DNA from: a virus
IMG/VR virus record: IMGVR_UViG_3300046501_000460
Location: 23,575-87,574 of that record
Direction: 5' to 3' (one strand)
Length of the DNA: 64,000 bases
In this document: positions 52,648-63,200 of the stretch, piece after piece
Layout: every line of letters starts with the position of its first letter
Numbering within the stretch: the first letter of the stretch is position 1
Position numbers and translations under genes: made by a program
Notes under the pieces: model-generated
Database searches by the model: none
What the model saw: the letters and a program-made list of their open reading frames with translations, nothing else
Told to the model about the DNA's origin: nothing

Positions 52648-53730
52648 TCAACTGGTGAAATTAAATGCCTGGGGAGAAAGTTGAGCAACGTCCACAACCA
52701 TCATCCCACCGCCCTGCTCGTTTCCGGACTGCGCATATTGCGTCGCGTTAGCGTCGTTTCGACCATTAACGGCCCCGTCGATTAGCTTTATCTGATAATA
52801 AATGGTCGACCCCTTGCGCTGGAAAACTCCAAGGTATCTTTCGTTTATGTATCCGGCCGGACTGACTGCACTCCAGGTCGCTTCATAGAATGGGGCGGCC
52901 ACTCCAGTCGTTGTCGGCAGTGCTAGCGCGTAACTCACAGCTGCGCCATTGTTCCCGTTAGTCTCGACCGTAGCGACATCCTTCACGGATACGTTCTCGG
53001 CAGACGAGTCGTATATCAGGGTTCCGGTGGCCCCGAAAAGCTGGATACCGAATGTGCCGCCACCGCTGATGGGCCCATCTAACGAGAATAGATGGACCGT
53101 CGGGACCTTGTGCTGGCTTGTTTGCGATACGCAATACACATACACATTCTCACCGCCTGACGGATTTGCGCTAAGAAAACCAGAGCAAGCGTACCAGGCG
53201 TCGTCACTCGTCGAATCTGGCAGATACAGCAGGGCGATTCGATTCGTGTTGTTTCTGGTAGTTGGGACTGTATAGGCTTTCTTAAACACAAATCCCGCCG
53301 GGCCGGTCACATAAGAAACGTTGCCCTGCGCGACAGCCTGCGGATTGGTGAGAGTGGCGACATATTGAGGGACCGGATATGTGTAATCTATCAGGGAGTC
53401 GCCAGAGTCGCCGGTAATGGAGACGCCGTAAGTACCTGATGGGGTTACTTTTCTAGCGAAAATCTGAACATACGTGGTCGTCTGAATAACGGCTTGGCTA
53501 TTGATAGCCCACGAAATTTTCGCATTACCCGCGCCATCGTTTGTAACCGTGATAATGTGCGTCCCGGTGCTGGATGCCACGAGGTAATAGAGATACCCGG
53601 CAGGGATGCTCGAATAGGTTTTACTCCCAGTCCCGCTAATGGAAAGCACCTCGATAAAAATCCCGGCCTTATTAGAGCCGTTCATTGCGACACTGCCGTC
53701 GGCTCGATATGTTTCAATCCCGAATGCCAT
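52648..53730 (-). CDS. Tail-tip/receptor-binding accessory protein, lower GC
   Basis: Repeated (F/Y)G(I/V) modules, e.g. FGIQLF..G.LIYDS. Confidence 0.7.
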   Translation of the reverse strand: MAFGIETYRADGSVAMNGSNKAGIFIEVLSISGTGSKTYSSIPAGYLYYLVASSTGTHIITVTNDGAGNAKISWAINSQAVIQTTTYVQIFARKVTPSGTYGVSITGDSGDSLIDYTYPVPQYVATLTNPQAVAQGNVSYVTGPAGFVFKKAYTVPTTRNNTNRIALLYLPDSTSDDAWYACSGFLSANPSGGENVYVYCVSQTSQHKVPTVHLFSLDGPISGGGTFGIQLFGATGTLIYDSSAENVSVKDVATVETNGNNGAAVSYALALPTTTGVAAPFYEATWSAVSPAGYINERYLGVFQRKGSTIYYQIKLIDGAVNGRNDANATQYAQSGNEQGGGMMVVDVAQLSPQAFNFTS

Positions 53731-53732
53731 AA

Positions 53733-55685
53733 TCAGAGGGTAAGGTCGCCAATTTTGATTCGAAGAGAGCTGGAGCTGTCAAACACCTTAATCACGTTGT
53801 CACGGATCTCGGTGCGGCCGCCCGTCGCTGCCGTACGGAATACGCCACCTGAGGACAGTACGGACAACTTCGAGATGTCGACGACCGTGCCGGCGTTGGT
53901 GTTGGTAATCTGGCCGCTGAGATTCACACCGATCGTGGCGCCCACCGTCGCGTTATCGGCCGGCTTGTTGGCGCCGCCGACGTTCGCCCAGTTGTTGGAC
54001 GACAGCGGGCCGAAGCGGACGTTCTTCAGGGTCCCGCCGACGGTGTTGAAGGCGCTATCGAAGAAGAGCTTCTGGCCGGGCGTCGCGGCCGCAGCCAGCA
54101 CCGACGTATAGAACACCGTACCGTTCTTCAGGTATTTGACCGAGGAGCCATCGTAGACGACCGCAAAGACGTCGCCGATCGCCCAGGCCCCGAACAGGGT
54201 GGAGATGGCCGAACCATTCTCGTACACCCGGATGTTGGGGCTACCGCTAGTCGCCTCGAAGTAGATCGCGTAATCGAGGCTGGTGTAGGACGCGTCCGTA
54301 GTGGGGTCGCTGTTCAGGCCGAACATCAGGTAGCTGGTCGTGTCGGCAGCCACGACCGAAGCGTAAGCGCCACCCGTGAAGCTGTCCGCCGAATAGGCGT
54401 CGCCAAGCCATGCTGCCGTGCCGGAAGTCTTCGCCGCGGTGTTGCCGGTAACCGTCACGCCACTGCGGCCGATCAGGACCAGATCCGAGCTGGCATTGTC
54501 CGCCGGCTTGCCAGTACCGCTAATGCTCGACCACACGTTCACGTTCGCCGCCGGGATGCCGTTGACCGTGCCGGTGATGTTGCCGGAGAAGGCGACGTTG
54601 GTGCTGGGCTGGTACGGGTTTTCCGCCGCAAGTGTAGGCTTGACGAGCAGCGACTTGACCGCGCCGGTCGGGTTGACATCCTTGTCGACCGCGCGGTACG
54701 CCTGCACCCCGAAGGTCGTGTACATCGTAGCCGCAGCGCCGAACAGGATGAAAGCCCGCTTCGCCGCTGGCACCGTGTACACGGTTTCGGCGGCCGGCGT
54801 CGTGCCGAACGAATACGCCGCGCTGCTGGAGGACTGGTACACATAGACCAGAAAGCCGTCGATGTCGCCCTCGTTGCCGGACCAGCTCCACTCGAACGAG
54901 ATGTCGGCCGCGCCGTCGCTTCGGAGCGTGTGGTCCACCGCCGTGCCGTCGGTCAGGACGGTCGGCGCCGTCACGGCCGCGCTGTTGCGGTCGTTCGACG
55001 AGTTGAAGTTCGTGGTGGCGGTGGCCACCGTCGACGCCGCTACGCCAGCCACAAGCGTGCCCGCCGGCGCGCCGACCGTCGCACTGTCGTCCGGCTTGCC
55101 CGAGCCAGTCACACCAGTCCACGTGGCGGTGGTCCCAAGACCAGCGCCGTCCGTCAGCTGGTTGGTGTTCGTGAAGTTGTTGCCCGCGGCCTGCCACGCG
55201 CCGCTCACCTTCTGGTAGAGGACCAGCGCGTCGGTCGCGAAATAGAAGTCGCCGTTGGCGCCAGTCGGCCGATTGGCCAGCAGACCCTGCGCCGTGTTGT
55301 TGCGGGTGGCGTCCAGCGCGCCCTGGTACCCAAGGCTGCCGATCGCCACCTGCGAGACGGTCTTCGTGTCCGTGTAGGTCAGGCCGTTGGATGTCAGCGT
55401 GACGGTCACCTGGACGCTGCTCGTACCCATGTTGGCGTACTGTAGCGTGGCGATCTTGCCGGTCGAGTCGATGGTGAGCGGGACGGTCGGCGACGTCGAC
55501 CAGGCGAGCGTGCCGGAGACGACGAACGGCGTGGCCACGAGCGTGATCACCGACGGCGTGCCGACGCTGCCGTTCACGAGGACGACGTTGGCTGTGGTCG
55601 ACAGATTGACGCCGCCGCGCGGCGCGAGCGTGCGTGGCGACTGCGCCTGCAGGCGGGTATCGAAATCGTTGACCGGTGCGACCAT
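53733..55685 (-). CDS. Tail fibre protein (650 aa)
   Basis: Gly/Thr/Ser-rich modules; C-terminal R.EI....IKVFD....RIKIG.L. Confidence 0.8.
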   Translation of the reverse strand: MVAPVNDFDTRLQAQSPRTLAPRGGVNLSTTANVVLVNGSVGTPSVITLVATPFVVSGTLAWSTSPTVPLTIDSTGKIATLQYANMGTSSVQVTVTLTSNGLTYTDTKTVSQVAIGSLGYQGALDATRNNTAQGLLANRPTGANGDFYFATDALVLYQKVSGAWQAAGNNFTNTNQLTDGAGLGTTATWTGVTGSGKPDDSATVGAPAGTLVAGVAASTVATATTNFNSSNDRNSAAVTAPTVLTDGTAVDHTLRSDGAADISFEWSWSGNEGDIDGFLVYVYQSSSSAAYSFGTTPAAETVYTVPAAKRAFILFGAAATMYTTFGVQAYRAVDKDVNPTGAVKSLLVKPTLAAENPYQPSTNVAFSGNITGTVNGIPAANVNVWSSISGTGKPADNASSDLVLIGRSGVTVTGNTAAKTSGTAAWLGDAYSADSFTGGAYASVVAADTTSYLMFGLNSDPTTDASYTSLDYAIYFEATSGSPNIRVYENGSAISTLFGAWAIGDVFAVVYDGSSVKYLKNGTVFYTSVLAAAATPGQKLFFDSAFNTVGGTLKNVRFGPLSSNNWANVGGANKPADNATVGATIGVNLSGQITNTNAGTVVDISKLSVLSSGGVFRTAATGGRTEIRDNVIKVFDSSSSLRIKIGDLTL

Positions 55686-57232
55686 CAGACCATCACTCCT
55701 ACGGTGGTGCGCCCGGCGGCCCAGTTCGTGGTCATCGAGACCACGATACCGACTACGCCACCGGCGAGGTTGTATCGGGGGTGTGCCAACGTGACGACCT
55801 GGCCAAGGGTCAGCTGCATCAGCGAGGCGAAGCCGTCGAACTGGTACGTCGTGCGCGGCACCTTGCGCAGGTTCAGCCGCCGCTGTGCCTCCGCGCTGGC
55901 GTCGGTGCGGCGCACCAGCACCGTGTCTTCCTGCGTCGGCTCGGCAGTGAGTTTATACAGTGTCTTGGTGGAAACGTCCACCGCTGTTGCTTTTTGGTAT
56001 GGTGTGCCCATCAGTGCCAGCGCTTCGGCCGGCAGGCTGGTCTGCAGCCCGGTCTGGACCGTCTGGTTCGGGCAGAACGTAAGCAGTACCGAGGCCTGCA
56101 CAAGTTCGCGCGCGGCCGGGTACAGGCTGTGCTCGACCATGTGCTGCGGCTTGATCGAGAAGGTCGCTTCCAGCCCCGTGAAATCAATCTGCTGCAGCTG
56201 GAGCAGGCCCGCGCGCGAGGTCGTCAGCTGGGCCTTCAGCGCGTTGGTGACCTGCTGCACCACGGACAGCGTGTTCGTGGTCCCGGTCACGCTGACCCCG
56301 ACCGGCTGCGGATGCGCGGCATCGAACGCGTTGAAGTTGGTCAGGTCGATCTCGCTGTCCGTGAACTGGTTGCCGGGCACCCCATAGCTCTTCACGATGC
56401 GCTTGACGATGCTTGCCACGGTGCCGGCGTAGACACCGCCCGTGGCGTCGCCCTGCAGCGAGCACGTGATGGTGCCGGCCGGCGGACTGGAAAGGCGGAA
56501 CGTGCCGAGCGTGCTGTTAATCGTAAGCGCCGCCCAGCCGATTGAATCGTTCGCGATCGGCACGCCGTTGTCGCGCACCTCGATCAGACCGTTGATCTGA
56601 CCGTCGTGCACCTGGTACTGCCATGTGGTCTGGTCGATCAGCAGTGGCGTGATGTTGACGAGTTCGCCGAACGCCAGCGGCACGGTCGAACCCTGGCTGG
56701 ATCCGGTGCCGCCGAGCAGGTGCTCGGTGATCGCGACGTTCAGCCGTTCCAATTTATCGCGGATTTTCAGATTGACCGACGTGCGCGACTTGGTCCCGAT
56801 GTCCGCGGTAACGCCCGTCAGGACCGGTACGAAGTTGGCGCGCGGCCAGCGCACGTCGCCCAGCAGCACCGTGATGGGCCGATTGGTCCAGACGTACGTG
56901 AGCCAGGAGTCGAACGCGCCGTCATCGTTGGAGATGCCGATGTCGCCCACTGTCATCGAGGCGCTGCCGTCGATCGAGAGCTGCTCGGTCGTCTGGATGT
57001 CGGAAGCGATCAGGACGGCACGATACGGCTGGTTCGCCGGTACATCTGTCGCACGACTCACGAACGGCAGGGTCGACAGGTAGAACGTCGTGTCGACGCC
57101 ACTCACACTGGCAACCGCTTCCACCAGCACCGTGCGAATGGAGGTCGGATCATCAAGCCATGCGGCAAACTGGGACGGTGTCAGGGTACTGCCGCCGTCC
57201 GGGCTGTCAAGGGTGGTATCGGGGTCGATCAT
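55685..57232 (-). CDS. Tail hub/baseplate-like protein
   Basis: Follows tape measure; PLAFG...NI.P, VRDNG, LG.VV.L.HPRY.L. Confidence 0.75.
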   Translation of the reverse strand: MIDPDTTLDSPDGGSTLTPSQFAAWLDDPTSIRTVLVEAVASVSGVDTTFYLSTLPFVSRATDVPANQPYRAVLIASDIQTTEQLSIDGSASMTVGDIGISNDDGAFDSWLTYVWTNRPITVLLGDVRWPRANFVPVLTGVTADIGTKSRTSVNLKIRDKLERLNVAITEHLLGGTGSSQGSTVPLAFGELVNITPLLIDQTTWQYQVHDGQINGLIEVRDNGVPIANDSIGWAALTINSTLGTFRLSSPPAGTITCSLQGDATGGVYAGTVASIVKRIVKSYGVPGNQFTDSEIDLTNFNAFDAAHPQPVGVSVTGTTNTLSVVQQVTNALKAQLTTSRAGLLQLQQIDFTGLEATFSIKPQHMVEHSLYPAARELVQASVLLTFCPNQTVQTGLQTSLPAEALALMGTPYQKATAVDVSTKTLYKLTAEPTQEDTVLVRRTDASAEAQRRLNLRKVPRTTYQFDGFASLMQLTLGQVVTLAHPRYNLAGGVVGIVVSMTTNWAAGRTTVGVMV

Positions 57233-60200
57233 CGAAGAGCCGCCTTATTCTGAGAAGTCCATGCCGCGGCGCGCGCCGCGTCTTTCACTGCATCGGTCAC
57301 GTCCGCGCCCATGTCGGTGCCGGCCTGCATCGTAGCGGCAAGCTGGTTGTCGGATTGCGACTGCTGCTCATCGCGCAGGGTCGTGATCTGCTTGTTCAGC
57401 GTCGCCAGCTGGGCGACGATCTCTGCCGTTTGCGCCGTTGCTGCGGAATACGGGTCGACCGTAACCGCAGGGGCGACACTGGCGCTCGAGTTGCTGGCCG
57501 TGCCGACCTTGATGTGGTCCTTGTACTCGTCCGACTTCTTGAGCTCCTGCTCGATCGTCGACAGCGTCGAACCGCTCTGCATCTGCTGGACCCAGTAATC
57601 CAGGCCCGCCTGGTCTGCCGCGCGGCCCAGCACGTTCTGGTACAGCGCCGAGATCGCCGATGAGACGCTGGTCGTGTTGGTGTTGCCGATCGCGGTGCCG
57701 GCGTCCGTGCTGGGCGTGACCACCGTCGTCGCCGGCGTCTTGCCGATGTGGTCGGCGTACTCGGCCGAATTCTTGATGGCACCGATCACGTCCGTGAACG
57801 ACACGCCGTTCTGCAGCTGCGTGTTCCAGAAATCGAGCCCGGCCTGATCCGGGTCGCGGCCCAGCAGTTCCTTGTAGAGCGACGACAGCGCCACAGTGTT
57901 CGTGCCGGAATCCTTGCCGCCGGCCATGATCACTGCAAGGTTGTTGATGGCCGAGGCGACCGACGTCACGCCGGTGTCGATCTTGACCAGCTGCGAGACC
58001 TGATCATGCAGCACCGACAGGCTCGTTTGCGCGATCTTGACCTGGCTGTCCGTCGTGTCGGCCATGCCCGTCATCGTCGAGACGACGCGCTGGTAGTCCG
58101 ACTGGTAGGTGCTGTTGGACGCGTTGGCCGTCTTCGACGCCTGCAGGAAGGCCTGCGCAGCCGACTGCAGATTGCCCTGCGCGGCAGTGTCGCCGGCCTG
58201 GGCCTTCTGCAACGTGGTCTCGAACTGCGCGCGCGCCGCGCCGTATTGATCGGCCGGGTTCAGCGGCGACATGTTGCCGATCTGCAGGCCGTTGACGAAG
58301 CTGCGCAGCGACGTGCTGAGCGACTTCAGGCGGTCGATCGTGCTCTGGATCGCCGAGCTCTCGTTCTGGTATGCCGTCAGGAGGTCCTGCTTCGCCTGCG
58401 CGACCGCGCGTGCCTGCACCAGCTCGTCATACAGCTTCTGGTTCACCGGGTCCAGCTTCGCGCGCGCGGCCGCGTCCTTCTCGGCCTGCGACATGAGCAG
58501 GTCGTCGATCTGGTCCTGCAGGTCGGTGGCCACGTCGGTGACCGACTTGAACGCCTGGGCGATGCCCATCAGCTCGGTGTACGCCTGCGCGCCCGCGCTG
58601 CCCATCGCACCCATGGCGATGGTCAGGTCGGTGAACTTCTGGACGGCGTCAGCGCCCTGCGTGGACAGGCCGTACTTCGCGAGCGTCGGCTGGATCGCCG
58701 CGCTCGTCGCCGCGGTCTGCTGCGCCTTCGACATCATGTTCTCGAAGAACCAGCTCGCCTGGGACGTGAACTTGTCCAGCCCGCCGGCCATGTCGATCAG
58801 CTGCTCGCGCGCGGCGATCGAGGCCGTACCGACCTCGGCGTACGTGGTGCCGAACGACTTGAACACGGCGTCGATCGTGGCGTAGTCGTTGGCCACGCGC
58901 GTGAGCGTCTGCAGGTAGCCCTCACCAGCCTGCTGGAACTGCTCAAGCCCGCCGAATGCCGCCTGCGCCATCTGGTCGCCCAGCTTCGAGAACACGGCCG
59001 CGACCTTGGCCTGCGCGTCGGCGCTGGACAGCCCCTTCAGGTCGATCTTGCCGATGTCGATGACGAAGCCGTTGAGCTTGTCCTTGAAGTCGGCGCCATC
59101 CACGCCCAGCAGGCCGGCGGCCGCCGTGATGGCGTCGCCCATGCCCGTGATCACGCGCGTGATCTGCAGATTCGCCTCAGCACCCAGCGGAGCCGTCTTC
59201 GTGTCGAGGCTGGAGCTGCGGAACCAGCCACCGCTCGTCTTGACGTCGGCATACGACATGGCGCTGGCGCCGCCGGCGGCGACCTGGCCCAGCGTGGACC
59301 GGTCCATCGTGAAGCCCGAAGCCTCGACGGTCTGCTTGCCACCGAAGACAGCGTTACCGATCTTGCTGACCAGGCTGTTGATCACCGGGATCTTGTTTAC
59401 GGCGAACGACGCCAACCCCAGCACCGGATCGCCATAAGCCAGCGAACCGAGCGCGGACATGCCGCCGGACGCAAGCGTCGTGCCCAGCCCGTTGTTGGTG
59501 TTGAGGTGCACATCCGGATCGGTGATCTCGGAATTTTGCAGCAGCTGCGAGACGAAGCCCTTGATGTTCGAATCGATCGAGCGCAGCGACGCCAGCATGC
59601 TCTGCGCGACGATCAGATTGTTGTAGGTGTTCTTCTCGACTAGGTCGAGCGACTTGGCGTTCGACTCGCTCTTCGCGTCGCGATCACCCAGCACCGTGCC
59701 GGTCGCATTCTGCTGCTCTTTCTCGGCCTGCGTCTGCCCACCGCCATTGAAGCCGCCAGTCAGTTTGATGCCCAGCGCCACGAGGGCGGCCATCGTCGCC
59801 GCGCCAGCCGCAAGGTTTGCCGGGAACGGTAGCGACGCGATCGAACGCGCCACGGCAGTGATGCCCCACGCGGTGCCGGAGGCGCCGGCGTTGGCCACGT
59901 CAACCGCGGTCGCGGTCGTGCCGGACGCCATCTTGAGGCCGTCGCCGGCGACCGTCTGCGTGACCTCGGCGGCCTTGAAGAGGGTCTTCTTGATGAAGGA
60001 CTCCGCGGCCATGGCCAGCTCGACCGCGCGGTACGCCTTCTCGGTCGTCGCCAGGATCTTGTAGCCCTTCGAATTCTGGTCGAAGAAGCCCTTCGCCGCG
60101 CCGGCCATATTGCCGTAGGCGTTGATCTGCGCGGTGGCCATGTCATCGGCAGCCTTCTTCTTGGCGTCAGCGCCGCCGTCGCTCTCTTCCAGCTGCTTTT

Positions 60201-63200
60201 GGATATCCTGCACGCGCGCGTCGTACGTGGCGGCCGTGGTAATCAGACCACCCAGCGCGGCGCCGCCCTTGCCGAATGCGTCGGTCAGGGACTGGGCGAT
60301 GGCGTTGCCGATGTCGATGCCGACGTTACGCAGCGCCGTCATCTCAGCCTGAATCTCCTTCAGCTTCGCGGCTGCCGCCTTCAGTTTCACCGGGTCGTCG
60401 CCAGCGTCGTCCTTGGCGACTGCGTAGTCCTCCTGCAGCTGCGGCAACGAGGACTCGAGCAGTGACTTGCGGTCGAGAATCGCCCCGATCGCGCCGCCCA
60501 CGCCCGGGCCGGCGTGGTTGCGGATGTCGGCCAGCTTGGTCTTCAGGATCTGCAGGTCCTTGTCCAGGTCCGCCATGTCCATCTTGAAGATGGCGCTCTT
60601 CTCGCCCTCGACGCGCATCTGCTCAAGGAAGTTGCGGTACCGGATCAGGCCGTCCCGGTACTTGCCATTGTCCGCGCTCTCGATATCCAGGTTCAGGCGA
60701 TCCAGCACGTTGCTGTACTTGGCCTCCCATTCAAGGTTGAACGAGTCCTGAAGCTGCCCCTGGCTCTCTAGCGACTTGGCGCGGTACTGAAGCTCCTCGC
60801 CCGACATGCGATCGAATAGATCCTTAGTCGAACGTGTTGCTGCTGCCTTATCGTCGATGATCTGCTGGCGCGCCGTGGTCTCGGCGTTGGCGTACTTCTG
60901 GCGCTGGGCCTCGGTGATCGCGGTCGACTTCTGGCGCTGCGCCACCTCGATAGCCTTCTCGTCCAGCGCCAGCTTGATGGCCAGCTCGCGATTGATCAGC
61001 TGCAGATCGCCCAGCTCGCCGCGCTTATTCTGCGACTTCAGGTCGTCGATTTGCGACTTCGCCTGCATCTGCTTCAGGCGCAGGTCTTCCTGCATCTCCT
61101 CGATTGCGGCGCGCGCGCTGTCGCGATTCACCTCCGGACGCGACTGCAGCATCGAATTGCGCTGGTCCTGCAACTGCTTGAGATCGACGCTCAGGCGCTC
61201 GACCCGCTTCAGCTCATCCTCCGGACGCACTTCCTTCAGGCTCGAGTCCGTGATCTGGGCGGCGATGTCGGCGGCTTTCGCCGAGATCGCGCGCGCGGCC
61301 GCGTTCTTCTGGTAGAAATCACCGGCCGTGTTGGTCTGCATGCCCTCGCTGTAGAACTTTTCGAGGTTGGCCTCCAGCTGGGCCTTGGCGTCCTGCACGC
61401 GCTTGGCGGCCGCAGCCGGGTCGCGCACCTTCTCGGCGCGCTCCTGCTGCTCCAGCAAACCAGCCAGCGTGGCCTTGGCCTCGCGGTAATTCGCGGCCAG
61501 GCGCTCGCTGCCGTAAATCGAACTGGTCGTGATGCCGTTGATGCCGGTTGAGTGCGTGGTCGGGTTGAGCAGCTCCTTCGGATTGATATTCTTGGCACGC
61601 GCCTGATTTTCCAGCTCTGTCACACGCGCGCGGGCCGCGTCGATATCCGTCGGCGCGGGGGCGCCCTGTGGCATGTAGCGGTTGTTACGCTCATCCCACA
61701 ACTTGTTCGCCTTCTGCAACTGCTCGATCTCGCGGTCCAGTGCCTCGTGGATCACGTGCAGCGAATTCGACAGCTTCTCGCTCGCGCGGTCAGCTTCGCT
61801 CGTGTTGTCGCGGAACAGCAGCCAGGCGGCGGCGGCCACGCCGACGGCGATACCGACGGCGCCCAGCACCGGCAGGATGGCGGCTTCCCACGTGGCCGTT
61901 GCGGCCGTCGAGGCTTCAGTCGCGGCCGTCTGGGCGGCAACCGCGGTAGCGACCTGCGCGGACGAGGCGCCCAGCCCAAGGTTCGCGGTCGTCACTGCGC
62001 CGATCGCCGCGGCTTCCGCAACCTGCGCCGACGTCAGCGCCATGCTGGCGGTCACGGCAGCCTTGATGAACTCGATCGTCGGGCCTAGCGCGCGCAGCGC
62101 CACATAGCCGGTCGCAAGCATCGTCACGACGTCAAGGTTCTCCACCAGCACGCCGGTCAGGCGCGCGACGTTGGTCGAGAAGTTACGCAGGCCGTTCGAA
62201 GCCGTGCCGCCGTCCTTGAATGCGTCGCCCAGCGTCAGGGCGATGTGCTGGATGAAGGGCGACGCCTCCTGGAAGGAGCGCACGAACGAATTCTGGACCA
62301 CGACACCCAGGCGCTGGAAGCCGCCGGTCGTGTCGTCTTCGAGCTGACGCACCACGCCGGCCATAAAGCCGGTGGCCGTGGCGGCCTCCTCGGTCTTCTG
62401 CTTGAAGTCCTTGATGTTGTCCAGCGCAAGCTGCGCCGACTTGACGCCGCGCACCGTGAAGATGCTGCCGAGCAGATCGACCTTGGCGCTATCGGTGAAG
62501 CCTGCCATCGCGCCGCGCAGTTCTTCGAGCAGTTGGGTCAGCGGCTTGAGCGCGCCGGACGCCGTCTGCGTTTCGACACCCAGATCCTTCAACGCACGCT
62601 TGCCCTTGTCGGTCGGCTCGTACAGGCCGGTCAGCATGTTCGTCAGGGACGTGCCGGCGGCCCCGCCGGTGACGTTGATCTTGGCCAGCAGGCCCAGCAT
62701 CGCGGCGGTTTCCTCGATCGAGACCTTGAATAGCGATGCGACCGTCGACGCCTGTTTCATCGACTCGGTCATGGCCAGCACGGACGTGTTCGAGTTCGCC
62801 GCGGTCACAGCGAAGATATCGGCGATGCGGCCGGCTTCGCTGAAGCCCAGACCGAATGCGCTGGCCGCACCGGTGGCCGCCAGCGCGGCCTGGCCGACCG
62901 ACATTTCGCCCACGGTAGCAAGGTCGAGAATCGCAGGCAGCACCTGCAGCGACTGCGCGGCGTTCAGGCCGTTCTGCGCCAGCATGCGCATCGCGTTCGC
63001 GCCCTCGGTCAGCGAGCGCAGCGAGCCGTCTGACACGGACAGGAACTGGTCGAGGTTGACGCTGCTCTTCGTCAGTGCCAGCACGTTGGTCAGCTGATGC
63101 TCAACCTCGGCGCCAACGGACACGACGTTCTTCAGTGCGGCCGCGATAGCTGCACCAGCCGCCAGCGGCACGAGCGAACCGTACGTCAACCACAGCCCGC

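Noticed and set aside
51952-55685. Diversity-generating retroelement or invertible fibre cassette
   Set aside because: No reverse transcriptase, TR/VR pair, invertase or flanking inverted repeats seen
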